Virus record (IMG/VR): IMGVR_UViG_3300038379_000388
Coordinates: 1-40,219 of that record
Origin: a virus
Taxonomy: Duplodnaviria > Caudoviricetes
Direction: 5' to 3' (one strand)
DNA: 40,219 nt
Shown: positions 25,640 through 33,340 of the stretch, one piece after another
Layout of the letters: each line of letters opens with the position of its first letter
Numbering within the stretch: the first letter of the stretch is position 1
Position numbers and translations under genes: made by a program
The notes under the pieces: model-generated
Seen by the model: only the letters and a program-made list of their open reading frames with translations
What the model was told of the DNA's origin: nothing
The model's database searches: none

Positions 25640-26340
25640 CGATGGTAGGCGACATGGCAGAGGTAGCGTTCGAGACGATCCCGCTGCGGAAGGGCGCGCA
25701 CCAGACGCGCGATCATGGCGTCTGCGCGATGGAGCTTGTCGCGTGGATGGCGGGCGAGCCGCACGCAAAAATTTGGGGCGCTTGCCTAACGTCCGCGGAC
25801 CTGTCTGGCGCGGACCTGTCGTGCGCGCACGGCATCCTTGCCGTAGGCCCCTGTGATGGTTGGATGATGTACGCCGTGCGCCATCCCGACGGTCCGCGCA
25901 TCAAGGCCGGGTGTCGGTGGTTCACCGTTCCCGAGGCGCGCGAGCACTGGAGCAACCCAGACCGCGCGGCCCACAACGCGCTGATGCTGGCCGGTGTAGA
26001 CGCGCTCTTGGCGCTCGCCAAGGCGCACGGATGGGAGACGCGATGCGCTGCAAGCCGCGAGGGGGAACCGCGCGATCGCGGCGCGCCGACTCGGGATCAC
26101 GCGCGAGGGGCTTTACAAGGCGATGAAGCGGCTCGGGATCGAGTGGGCGAAGGGCAGCGGGAATGCGCCGCCGGTGCCGCCGCTGGAGCCGGCGCCGTGA
26201 CCCGCGCCTCGTGGGGCCACCCCTCGCGCCGCCGCCCCGCGGTGAACGGCGCCGAGGTCGCGCGGCTGCTGCCCGGCCTGGTCGGGCTCGCACTGATCGC
26301 GTGGCTCGTCGGGAGCTGCGTGGTGGAGGGGATGCGGTGA
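25636..26340 (+). CDS. Chimeric ORF: phage CAME-GEPH N-terminus, short pentapeptide repeat, AGCRWFT domain, then read-through into a small TM gene (own GTG at 26197)
   Basis: KGAHQTRDHGVCAMELVAWMAGEPH, then ACLTSADLSGADLS, then IKAGCRWFTVPEAREHW...AHGW. No stop until 26340. Confidence 0.5.
   Translation: MTMVGDMAEVAFETIPLRKGAHQTRDHGVCAMELVAWMAGEPHAKIWGACLTSADLSGADLSCAHGILAVGPCDGWMMYAVRHPDGPRIKAGCRWFTVPEAREHWSNPDRAAHNALMLAGVDALLALAKAHGWETRCAASREGEPRDRGAPTRDHARGALQGDEAARDRVGEGQRECAAGAAAGAGAVTRASWGHPSRRRPAVNGAEVARLLPGLVGLALIAWLVGSCVVEGMR
26039..26200 (+). pseudogene. 5'-truncated Fis-type HTH gene
   Basis: The frame reads DALQAARGNRAIAARRLGITREGLYKAMKRLGI...TGA. There is an in-frame TAG at 25997 and no start codon between it and the HTH. 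Confidence 0.65.
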
Positions 26341-26377
26341 GTTTCAAGCGGCCGCGCGCCGCGTCGAAGGAGAGCGA

Positions 26378-27181
26378 ATGAGTCTCTTGTCCCAGGTCGA
26401 ATCAAAGCCGTCGAAGCGGCCCCCGAGGATCGTCCTCTACGCCAAGCACGGCGTCGGAAAGACCACGTTCGTCGCTGGCATCCCCGGCGTCGTCGTCCTC
26501 CCCGCCGAGGAAGGTGAGGGCCGCCTTACCTACGCGAAGCTCCCGCGACCCGAGAGCTACGAGGACGTGCTCAACGGGATCGCCGAGCTCCTCCGCGAGA
26601 AGCACGACTACAAGGCGTACGCCATCGACACGATGGATCACGTCGAGCCGCTCGTCTGGTCCAAGGTCTGCGCCGACCACAGCGAGGGGAAGAAGCAGTA
26701 CGAGTCGATCGAGGACTTCGGCTACGCCAAGGGCTACGTCTACGCCGACCCCTACTGGGCCCGGCTCCTACGCGGCCTCGACGCCCTGCGCCGCGATCGC
26801 TCCATGACCACCGTTGTCCTGGCGCACGCCGAGACGCGGACTGTCGAGGACGCGCAGCACGGCTCCTACGAGTTCATCCAGACGAAGCTCCACAAGCGCG
26901 CGAACGCACTGCTCCACGAGTGGGCCGACATCGTGGCCTACGCCGAGCTCGAGCAGTCGGTCCGAACGAACGACCAGGGCAAGCGCGAGGTGCGGATCGC
27001 CAGCGTGACCGGGCGCCGGATCATGCACCTCGAAAGCCTCGGCGGGTTCGCGGCCAAGAACCGCTACTCACTCCACTCGCCGCTCGAGCTCGACTGGAAG
27101 GCGCTGCGCGCCGAGATCGCGAAGGCACTCAAGGGCACCGAGCCCACCCCGAAGGAGGACACGACCGATGCCGCGGCTTGA
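26378..27181 (+). CDS. AAA_24 family ATPase (Sak4-like single-strand annealing recombinase)
   Basis: IVLYAKHGVGKTT, AIDTMD, GYAKGY, VLAH, EWADIV and AKNRY. Adjacent to the SSB and exonuclease genes. Confidence 0.88.
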   Translation: MSLLSQVESKPSKRPPRIVLYAKHGVGKTTFVAGIPGVVVLPAEEGEGRLTYAKLPRPESYEDVLNGIAELLREKHDYKAYAIDTMDHVEPLVWSKVCADHSEGKKQYESIEDFGYAKGYVYADPYWARLLRGLDALRRDRSMTTVVLAHAETRTVEDAQHGSYEFIQTKLHKRANALLHEWADIVAYAELEQSVRTNDQGKREVRIASVTGRRIMHLESLGGFAAKNRYSLHSPLELDWKALRAEIAKALKGTEPTPKEDTTDAAA

Positions 27182-27671
27182 CGCGAATCTCGCCGATGTG
27201 AAGGACGAGGACATGGGCGGCGGAGGCTGGCGAGCCTTCAAGGACGGCGAGTACGTGTTCCACGTGCTCGAGAGCGACTACCGGCCGACGAAGGCGAAGA
27301 ACGGGATGGTGCTCGAGCTGGTCTACGAGTGCATCGACCCCGCGGCCGGGCGCTCCGGCAAGGTCTACGAGTACCTATGCCTGGAACACCCCAAGAGCGA
27401 CGTGGTTCGCATCGCGAAGGCGAAGCTCAAGGAGCTCGCCATTGCCGTCGGACACCAGAACCCTGACTTCATTCGGGCGAGCGAGGAGCTCCACAATAGG
27501 CCGTTCATCCTGAAGGTCAAGCGCGTGAAGGCCGAGGAGGGCTTCGGCGACGACCAAGGGATGAAGAACGAGGCCATCGGGTACGTGCCGATGGGCTCGC
27601 AGCGGCCCCGCACGGCGGCGGCGAACGGCGACGAGCCGCCCCCGCACGACGACGCGGACATCCCGTTCTAG
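27168..27671 (+). CDS. DUF669-type single-stranded DNA-binding protein
   Basis: DGEYVFHV...TKAKNGMVLEL...IAKAKLKELAIAVG...SEELHNRPF and the acidic C-terminus DDADIPF. Confidence 0.85.
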   Translation: MPRLDANLADVKDEDMGGGGWRAFKDGEYVFHVLESDYRPTKAKNGMVLELVYECIDPAAGRSGKVYEYLCLEHPKSDVVRIAKAKLKELAIAVGHQNPDFIRASEELHNRPFILKVKRVKAEEGFGDDQGMKNEAIGYVPMGSQRPRTAAANGDEPPPHDDADIPF

Positions 27672-28430
27672 GTGCCGGAGCTACCCGTGCCCGCGCTTCC
27701 GAAGCTTCTGAACCTGAAGCCTCATGTGGAGACGCGGATCTTCCGCGCGCTCGACGAGGCCAGGGCGAAGGAGGCCGATGGGGCACCGCGGCTCCTGCGG
27801 CTCTCCTCGGTCGGCGACTGTCCTCGGGCCCTGTGGGCTGCGCTCCACGGGGTTCCCGAGGACACGCCGCCTGAGGGGCGCATCCTGATCGTGTTCAAGC
27901 ACGGGAACGCCATCGAGGCGCACGTGATCGAGCTCCTACGCGCCGCCGGGTTCCTCGTGTCAGACCGCGACCAGGCCGGCGGACAGCACCGGATCGAAGC
28001 CTACGGCGGCCGCGTGCGCGGGCACATCGACGGGAAGATCCTGCTCGGGAGCAAGGTCGAGCGCGAGCACTTGCTCGAGATCAAGAGCGCGAAGGTCGAG
28101 CGCTTCGAGGAGTGCCAGCGGGTCGGCTACGAGGCATGGAACGAGCGGTACGCCGACACGCTGCACGCCTACATGGGGCTCGGTGGCTTCACCCGCGCGC
28201 TCGTCGTCGTCTACTGCAAGGACGACTCGCGGATGCACGTCGAGTCGATCGCCTTCGACCCAGACCGCTGGACGCGGCTACGCCTCAAGATCGAGTACGT
28301 CCTGGCCGCGGAGTCGGGTCCCGTGGCGAGGCCCGAGGAGGCCGCGTCGCAGTATTGCTCGTTCTGCAAGTGGTGCTCTCGCAACGAGTGGTGCTGGGGC
28401 CCGCTCGCTGAGACGCGCTTTGATGACTAG
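27672..28430 (+). CDS. Cas4-like PD-(D/E)XK exonuclease
   Basis: SSVGDCPRALW, GHIDG, LEIKS, AYM and C-terminal CSFCKWCSRNEWC (Fe-S ligand pattern). Confidence 0.88.
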   Translation: MPELPVPALPKLLNLKPHVETRIFRALDEARAKEADGAPRLLRLSSVGDCPRALWAALHGVPEDTPPEGRILIVFKHGNAIEAHVIELLRAAGFLVSDRDQAGGQHRIEAYGGRVRGHIDGKILLGSKVEREHLLEIKSAKVERFEECQRVGYEAWNERYADTLHAYMGLGGFTRALVVVYCKDDSRMHVESIAFDPDRWTRLRLKIEYVLAAESGPVARPEEAASQYCSFCKWCSRNEWCWGPLAETRFDD

Positions 28431-28740
28431 CGGGCGGGACTTGCCGCTGTTCGACTGGTCGCCCCGCGCGCGCACGTCGGACCCGAGGACGAGCAAGGTG
28501 GCCGGCGAGCGGGCGCAGCGGTTCGCGAGAGGGCACGCGGCGCTGATCATCAAGGCCCTGGTCGAGCACGGCCCGGGCACGGCGAGCGAGGTCGGTGCGC
28601 GCTGCGGGCTCTCGGTCGTGCAGGTCGATCGACGCGCGCTCGAGCTCGTGAACGGCGGGTGGGTGCTGCGCTTCGATCACGGGAGACGCGAGCTCGTGCT
28701 CGTCGCGACGGCGAAGAGCGAGGAGTGGTGCCGTGCCTAG
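28423..28740 (+). CDS. Winged-HTH protein
   Basis: RARTSDPRTSKVA motif plus IIKALVEHGPGTASEVGARCGLSVVQVDRRALEL; ATG 28423. Confidence 0.75.
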   Translation: MTSGRDLPLFDWSPRARTSDPRTSKVAGERAQRFARGHAALIIKALVEHGPGTASEVGARCGLSVVQVDRRALELVNGGWVLRFDHGRRELVLVATAKSEEWCRA

Positions 28741-29023
28741 CGACGCCGCGATGAAGGCCGCGCGGGAGGCGCTGCCCTGCTGCCGGTACGGACCAGAGGG
28801 CGAGTGCTCTCGCTTCGATGACCCTGATATCGGGTGCGAGGCGTGCTGCGCGCTTCGCGCCGTCGCCGCCGCCATCGACGCTGCGGTGGAGGCGGAGCGT
28901 GAGGCGTGTGCGGCGGTGTGTGAGGATCAAGCACAGAAGCAGGTTGAGAACGCGAACCCGATTGCCGCGGCATGGGCCGCGTCTGGATGTGCCCGCGCCA
29001 TCCGCGCAAGGAGCAAGCCGTGA
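28733..29023 (+). CDS. Hypothetical accessory protein
   Basis: Phage module AVEAEREACAAVCE...CARAIRAR; RBS GAGGAG. Confidence 0.7.
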   Translation: MPSDAAMKAAREALPCCRYGPEGECSRFDDPDIGCEACCALRAVAAAIDAAVEAEREACAAVCEDQAQKQVENANPIAAAWAASGCARAIRARSKP

Positions 29024-29364
29024 CCGACCTCGCCCGACTGCGAGAGCTACTGGCCGCTGCGACGCCGGGTCCGTGGGAAACCGCGGAGCGATCCGACACG
29101 ATCAACGTGCAGGCCGGCCAGCGCGCCGTTGCGCGGTGCCAGCGCAAGGCCGGCGTGTGGCGCGACGCCGCCCTCATCGTCGCCGCCGTCAACGCCCTCC
29201 CCGCCCTCCTCGACCGCATCGAGGCGCTGGAGCGGGTGGCGGAGGCGGCGCGTAGGAGGCGACACGGAGCGTGCCGCATTTGCGGCGTGATCTGGTCGGA
29301 GCGCGGCAACCACTCCGACAAGTGCGCCCTCGCCGCCCTCGACGCGAAGGAGCCCAAGCCGTGA
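29020..29364 (+). CDS. Ead/Ea22-like protein
   Basis: DLARLRELLAAATPGPW...DAALIVAAVNALPALLDRIEALE; GTGA overlap. Confidence 0.75.
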   Translation: MTDLARLRELLAAATPGPWETAERSDTINVQAGQRAVARCQRKAGVWRDAALIVAAVNALPALLDRIEALERVAEAARRRRHGACRICGVIWSERGNHSDKCALAALDAKEPKP

Positions 29365-29501
29365 TGTGGTCTGCGACCTCCATGCTCTACTTCATCATCG
29401 CCTTCCTCGAATGGCGCAGCGGGCACCGCGTTCGTTCTCAAATCGCGCTATCCACGTCGGCCTTCTGCGCCGGCATGGGCGTTGGAGTGCCTGGCCTATG
29501 A
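29361..29501 (+). CDS. Small hydrophobic protein, ~46 aa
   Basis: Overlaps the neighbouring genes at both ends; MWSATSMLYFIIAFLEW. Confidence 0.5.
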   Translation: MMWSATSMLYFIIAFLEWRSGHRVRSQIALSTSAFCAGMGVGVPGL

Positions 29502-29863
29502 CCGACCCGAAGCCGATGGAGCCGCTGAGCGAGGACGAGCTGCGGCTATTGCGTCTCCGGCACCGACGCCAAGGCGTCGAGGACCCCGGCTATTACTGCC
29601 ACGCTTGCTACGACGGTGATCCTGCACCGCTCGAAGAAGATGTTGGCGAGTGGCCCTGCTACACCGCCCGCCTCCTCGCCGAGCGCGACGCCCTCCGCGA
29701 GCGAGTGCGGGTGCTGGAGGCGGCGGCCGCGACATTGCTGGAAGGCTTCGATAAGGCGGTGTTCGTTCGCAACCCAGACATGGACGCCGACAGCGCGTGG
29801 GCCATCAAGCTTCTGCCGTACCTGAGAGCCCTGGCCGCCCTCGACGCGAAGGAGAAGCCGTGA
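29498..29863 (+). CDS. Modular accessory protein (PLSEDE / TARLLAERD / ALAALDAKE scaffold)
   Basis: ATGA overlap; variable insert CHAC...WPC; shares DNA repeats with its neighbours. Confidence 0.7.
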   Translation: MTDPKPMEPLSEDELRLLRLRHRRQGVEDPGYYCHACYDGDPAPLEEDVGEWPCYTARLLAERDALRERVRVLEAAAATLLEGFDKAVFVRNPDMDADSAWAIKLLPYLRALAALDAKEKP

Positions 29864-29991
29864 CCGACGAGAATCCGATGGATCCGCTGAGCGAGGATGA
29901 AGAAGCGGAGTTGCGCGAGCACCTACTGCCGTGGGGTGCTGAGTCATCTAGGGCGAATGATCTCACCGCCCGCCTCCTCGCCGAGCGCGAC
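29662..29991 (+). repeat. Identical 28-bp direct repeat at 29662..29689 and 29964..29991, one of four repeat pairs in 29015..29991
   Basis: CACCGCCCGCCTCCTCGCCGAGCGCGAC occurs twice. The other pairs are 29332..29352/29834..29854, 29513..29538/29875..29900 and 29015..29028/29855..29868. Confidence 0.9.
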
Positions 29992-30288
29992 CGGCTCAAG
30001 CTGGACATGGAATCGCAGGCAGCGGAGTCCGCTGCTGCGTGGACGCAGTGGTGCGAACAGCGCGACGCTCTGCTGCGCGAGGTGGAGAGGCTGCGCCGGC
30101 ATCTCGCGCAGGCCGAAGCGTGCATCGAGGATCACATGGAGCCGTTTGCAGACCGAACACACGTTCTCTGCGGCGTGATCCTCGACTCCGGGTATCCATG
30201 CACGCTGCCAGAAGCACACCACTCACCACACCTCACCGCCCCCGACGCCGCCCGCGCGGCCAGCGGGAAGGGCGGGGAGGAGCAGTGA
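29860..30288 (+). CDS. Modular accessory protein (paralogous scaffold to 29498..29863)
   Basis: MTDENPMDPLSEDE...TARLLAERD...RDALLREVERLR, with a C-terminal C-x8-CTL-xx-HHxxH motif. Confidence 0.7.
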   Translation: MTDENPMDPLSEDEEAELREHLLPWGAESSRANDLTARLLAERDRLKLDMESQAAESAAAWTQWCEQRDALLREVERLRRHLAQAEACIEDHMEPFADRTHVLCGVILDSGYPCTLPEAHHSPHLTAPDAARAASGKGGEEQ

Positions 30289-30566
30289 CACCCGACGAGC
30301 GCGCACAGTACGTCGAGGCGATGGCGCTCGCCATCGAGGTTCACCGTTGCGGCTGTGACTCCGACGGAGCGCACGTTCCCACCGCTCGCGTCGAGGACAA
30401 GCGCGCCGCCGAGTTCGTCTTGTCGCTGCTAGAGCGTCTGCGCGAAGAGTGCGCGCTGTCGTGCATGGACGTGGAGGACCCCGAAGAAGCGCACTTCGCC
30501 ACAAAGTACGCCTACCGCATCGCCACGCTCAAACTGCCGCTCGAGAAGGGTGGGGAGGCTAGGTGA
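30285..30566 (+). CDS. Hypothetical protein, 93 aa
   Basis: GTGA overlap and RBS GGAGGAG. Confidence 0.65.
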   Translation: MTPDERAQYVEAMALAIEVHRCGCDSDGAHVPTARVEDKRAAEFVLSLLERLREECALSCMDVEDPEEAHFATKYAYRIATLKLPLEKGGEAR

Positions 30567-30751
30567 GCAAGCGCGCGCTCTTGGAGGCCGCGCTCGAGAT
30601 CGGCCGGAGACGCGCCGCGCTCCTCGACCGCCTCCGACGCGCGCTCGTGCGCGACGACCAGGCCGCGGTGGTACGGTACGCACGACTCCTCACGGGGCTC
30701 GACGAGGACACGGATGCCGAGGGCGCTGGCGCTGCTTCGAGTGAGCACTGA
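30563..30751 (+). CDS. Small basic protein overlapping the integrase start (candidate recombination directionality factor)
   Basis: 62 aa, RBS GGAGG, GTGA overlap. The RDF role is inferred from position only. Confidence 0.5.
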   Translation: MSKRALLEAALEIGRRRAALLDRLRRALVRDDQAAVVRYARLLTGLDEDTDAEGAGAASSEH

Positions 30752-32222
30752 CGCGCAGGCCGCAGGCGACCGCGCCGGCCTCCCCTCGCAGCGCCGCGAG
30801 GTCGAGAAGATCGCGGAGCGCCACGGACTCGAGGTCGTCGAGTGCGTCGAGCTCGCGGGCGTCTCGGGCGCCCAGGTCCGCGAGGACCCTCGCTTCGTCT
30901 CGCTCCTCGCCCGCCTGGCAGAGCCCGGCATCGACGGCCTGATCGTCACCGACTTCGACCGGCTCTTCCGCCGCGGCCGCTTCGCCGACTACGGCATCCT
31001 CGACGCCTTCGCCGACACCGGAACCGTGCTCTGGACGTCCGAGGGCCCGGTCGATCCGCGGCAGGACTCCGACGCGCTCCTCTCGGTCATCCGGGGCGAG
31101 ATCGCAGGCATGGAGCGCCGCCGCATCGCCGAGCGCACGCAGCGCGCGAAGGAAGTCCTCCGCCTCGCCGGCCGCCACGTCGCGGGCGACGAGGGGCTCC
31201 CCTACGGCGTGGCCTACGACAAGGCCGCGGCGCGCTGGTCGTACCTCCCGGCCGAGGCGACCGTCGTGCGCGAGGTCTACGCCCGCTTCCTGGCCGGGGA
31301 GCGCAACCTCTCGGCCCTCGCCCGCGAGCTCGGCCTCGTGCGGACGCTCCCGTACAAGATCCTGACCCAGCCCCTCTACGGGGGCGTGCGCCGCATCCTC
31401 TACCGCTACCCGGGCCGGCGCCGGGTCGCGCGGGCGCCGCAGGAAGTGCTCGAGCAGCGCGTGATCGAGGCGCCGCTCGTCGCCTGGGAGACGTGGCTCG
31501 ATGTGCAGCGTCGGCTCGAGGCGCGGCGCCGGCCAGCGCGCAGCACAGCCCCGGCGCTCCTCCGGGGCCTCGCGACATGCGCGTCCTGCGGGGCGCCGCT
31601 CCACGTCCACTGGAGCCGGGAAGCCTGGGGCTACCGCTGCCGGGGTGGGGCCCGAGGGGGCGCCGCGCGCTGCCCGGTCGAGATCGCCGGCCCCGTCGTG
31701 GACCTGATCGCGAGCCGGGTCCTGGGCGAGCGCCTGGGCGACGCGGCGCTCCTAGCCGAGCTCCTCGCGGACGCCCTCCGGCGCGGAGCCGAGGGCGCCG
31801 AGGCGGACGCCGGGGCCGCCGCCCGCGAGGCGAAGCGGCTGCGCGAGGAGCGCGAGCGGGTCGCCGTCGCCTTCGAGCGCGGCCTGCGCTCGGCCGAGGA
31901 CGCCGCCCGCCGGGTGCGCGAGCTCGAGGCCGCGATCCGGCGCCTCGAGGCCGCCGCCCCGCGCGCCGCCTCTGACCCGCGCCGGCTGGCGCTCGACCTG
32001 GCCGCGCCCTTCGCCGAGTGGGACTTCCTCGGCCTCGCCGACCGGCGCCGCATCCTGGCCGCCGCGGTCGAGTGGGTGCGGGTCCGGCGCACCGGGCGCG
32101 CCCAGGCGGCCGTGGAGGCCGTAGGGCTCACGATCCCGACCGAGCCCAGCCCTGTCCCCCCGAACGGCCGACGTCGAGCAACCTGGGGCGTTTGCGGGGG
32201 CGTGCTCGAGGTATGGCTCTAG
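30714..32222 (+). CDS. int: Large serine recombinase (phage integrase)
   Basis: Catalytic LRVSTDAQ, VSG, DRLFR, ERRRIAERT, PYG, zinc ribbon LLRGLATCASCG...YRC...C and a coiled coil. Confidence 0.95.
   Translation: MPRALALLRVSTDAQAAGDRAGLPSQRREVEKIAERHGLEVVECVELAGVSGAQVREDPRFVSLLARLAEPGIDGLIVTDFDRLFRRGRFADYGILDAFADTGTVLWTSEGPVDPRQDSDALLSVIRGEIAGMERRRIAERTQRAKEVLRLAGRHVAGDEGLPYGVAYDKAAARWSYLPAEATVVREVYARFLAGERNLSALARELGLVRTLPYKILTQPLYGGVRRILYRYPGRRRVARAPQEVLEQRVIEAPLVAWETWLDVQRRLEARRRPARSTAPALLRGLATCASCGAPLHVHWSREAWGYRCRGGARGGAARCPVEIAGPVVDLIASRVLGERLGDAALLAELLADALRRGAEGAEADAGAAAREAKRLREERERVAVAFERGLRSAEDAARRVRELEAAIRRLEAAAPRAASDPRRLALDLAAPFAEWDFLGLADRRRILAAAVEWVRVRRTGRAQAAVEAVGLTIPTEPSPVPPNGRRRATWGVCGGVLEVWL
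32154..32201. other. Candidate attP inside the 3' end of the integrase gene
   Basis: 48-bp imperfect inverted repeat centred on the dinucleotide AG (32177-32178), with 16 of 23 positions complementary. There is no intergenic space on either side of int. Confidence 0.6.
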
Positions 32223-32575
32223 CGCACGCCCTCGTGCGTCAGGGAGAAGTGGTTCCCGTCTGGTCTGGAGAACCGACCTCCCCACGCGCAAAGAGGGTGA
32301 ACCGTCTCCCACCACTCCCCGAGCGGCGCGTAGTGCTCGCTCGCGACGAGGTACGTCCCGGCCCGGTACAGGTAGAGGTCGATCGCGAGCCGGCGCACGT
32401 GCGCCCCGTTCGCCGGGTTGCGGATCTGGCTCAGCCCGGCCCGGTTCAAGCGCATCTGCTCCTCGAGCGACCGCTCGGCCTGTCCCAGCGCCACCTCGAA
32501 GCCGAGCTCGTGGGCCCGGTCGAGGAGCCGCGGCAAGAGGCGGCTGAACAGTCGCTGCTTCTCCCCAAGGGTCAC
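32219..32575 (-). CDS. Endolysin, M15 family peptidase
   Basis: TLGEKQRLF, R-S-x-E-E-Q, HVRRLAID, LGEWWE and WGGRFSRPDGNHFS. The likely start is GTG 32575. Confidence 0.9.
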   Translation of the reverse strand: MTLGEKQRLFSRLLPRLLDRAHELGFEVALGQAERSLEEQMRLNRAGLSQIRNPANGAHVRRLAIDLYLYRAGTYLVASEHYAPLGEWWETVHPLCAWGGRFSRPDGNHFSLTHEGVR

Positions 32576-32880
32576 GGAGCTGGCCTCGGTCTGGTACACT
32601 GTGTCGCGTGGCAGTCTTCGCACGCTACGGCGGTTTGGGTATCACACTCCATGAACCGTGGAAGGATTTCGAGACGTTCTTGCAAGACATGGGGCAACGC
32701 CCAGAAGGCACTACGCTCGATCGGATCGACAACAGGAAAGGACATTTCCATGGCAACGTCCGGTGGGCGACCACCAGCGAACAGCAACGGTTCATAACGT
32801 TCCACGGACGGGAAATGCCTCTCGTCGCGGCATGTCAGTCCGTCGATATTCACTACGCGACCGTCCTCAAGCGGTTGCAC
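32572..32880 (-). CDS. Possible 102-aa ORF antisense to the HNH remnant; its stop overlaps the endolysin start (GTGA)
   Basis: Open frame with a coupling-type overlap and no recognisable motif. Confidence 0.3.
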   Translation of the reverse strand: MQPLEDGRVVNIDGLTCRDERHFPSVERYEPLLFAGGRPPDVAMEMSFPVVDPIERSAFWALPHVLQERLEILPRFMECDTQTAVACEDCHATQCTRPRPAP

Positions 32881-32925
32881 GAACTCGGCTGGGACGCAGA
32901 GCGAGCGCTCACGACGCCTTGCCGT
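32602..32925 (+). pseudogene. Degenerate HNH homing endonuclease remnant, antisense to the late operon
   Basis: YGGLGITLHEPWKDFETFLQDMGQRPEGTTLDRIDN...NVRWATTSEQQ-RFITFHG...LGWDAERALT. The N-terminus and the Asn-containing segment after EQ are missing. The DNA is AT-richer than its flanks. Confidence 0.8.
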
Positions 32926-33340
32926 CGTTCATTCGATGCTTACGCCAAGCAGACCATCCGCCAACGCGGACACCCGCCCACCGAACGAAGGCGCGCCACC
33001 GGGACAACCCGAGAGCGATCAAAGCCTCGTGGTACAGCGCATCGGCCGTAGCACGATCAACATGCCCTGTTCGGAAAAGCCAGTCGTGCAGGATTCCCGC
33101 GAGCCCGGTCCTGTACCACTCTGCCAGGTCCCAGGACTCGAGGTCGCACCAGAACGGTCGCTCGGGCGAGGCCGCGATGGGGAACTCGCACTTGTGGCGC
33201 TGGAGCTTCGGCCACCAGTATTGGTGCTCAGAGACGAACGTGACCGGGCTGGTCTGCGCCCAGAAGCGGCCATCGGCCGCCCCGTGCTCGACGTAGCCCT
33301 CTAGGCGGCCAATGAAGCGCGGCGCCGGGGGCCCGGTCAC
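32909..33340 (-). CDS. DUF1353 family protein
   Basis: FWCDLES, AGILHDWLF, RATADALYHEALIALGLSRWR and VRVGG. GTG 33340 overlaps the caspase stop. Confidence 0.85.
   Translation of the reverse strand: MTGPPAPRFIGRLEGYVEHGAADGRFWAQTSPVTFVSEHQYWWPKLQRHKCEFPIAASPERPFWCDLESWDLAEWYRTGLAGILHDWLFRTGHVDRATADALYHEALIALGLSRWRAFVRWAGVRVGGWSAWRKHRMNDGKAS

Noticed and set aside
27672-28430. Cas4-like nuclease as evidence of a CRISPR system
   Set aside because: There is no repeat-spacer array or other cas gene. It sits in the standard phage ATPase/SSB/exonuclease module.
29015-30100. Repeats read as a CRISPR mini-array or a DGR template/variable pair
   Set aside because: They are four different in-frame coding repeats with two copies each and irregular spacing. 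There is no reverse transcriptase and no adenine-specific mismatch pattern.
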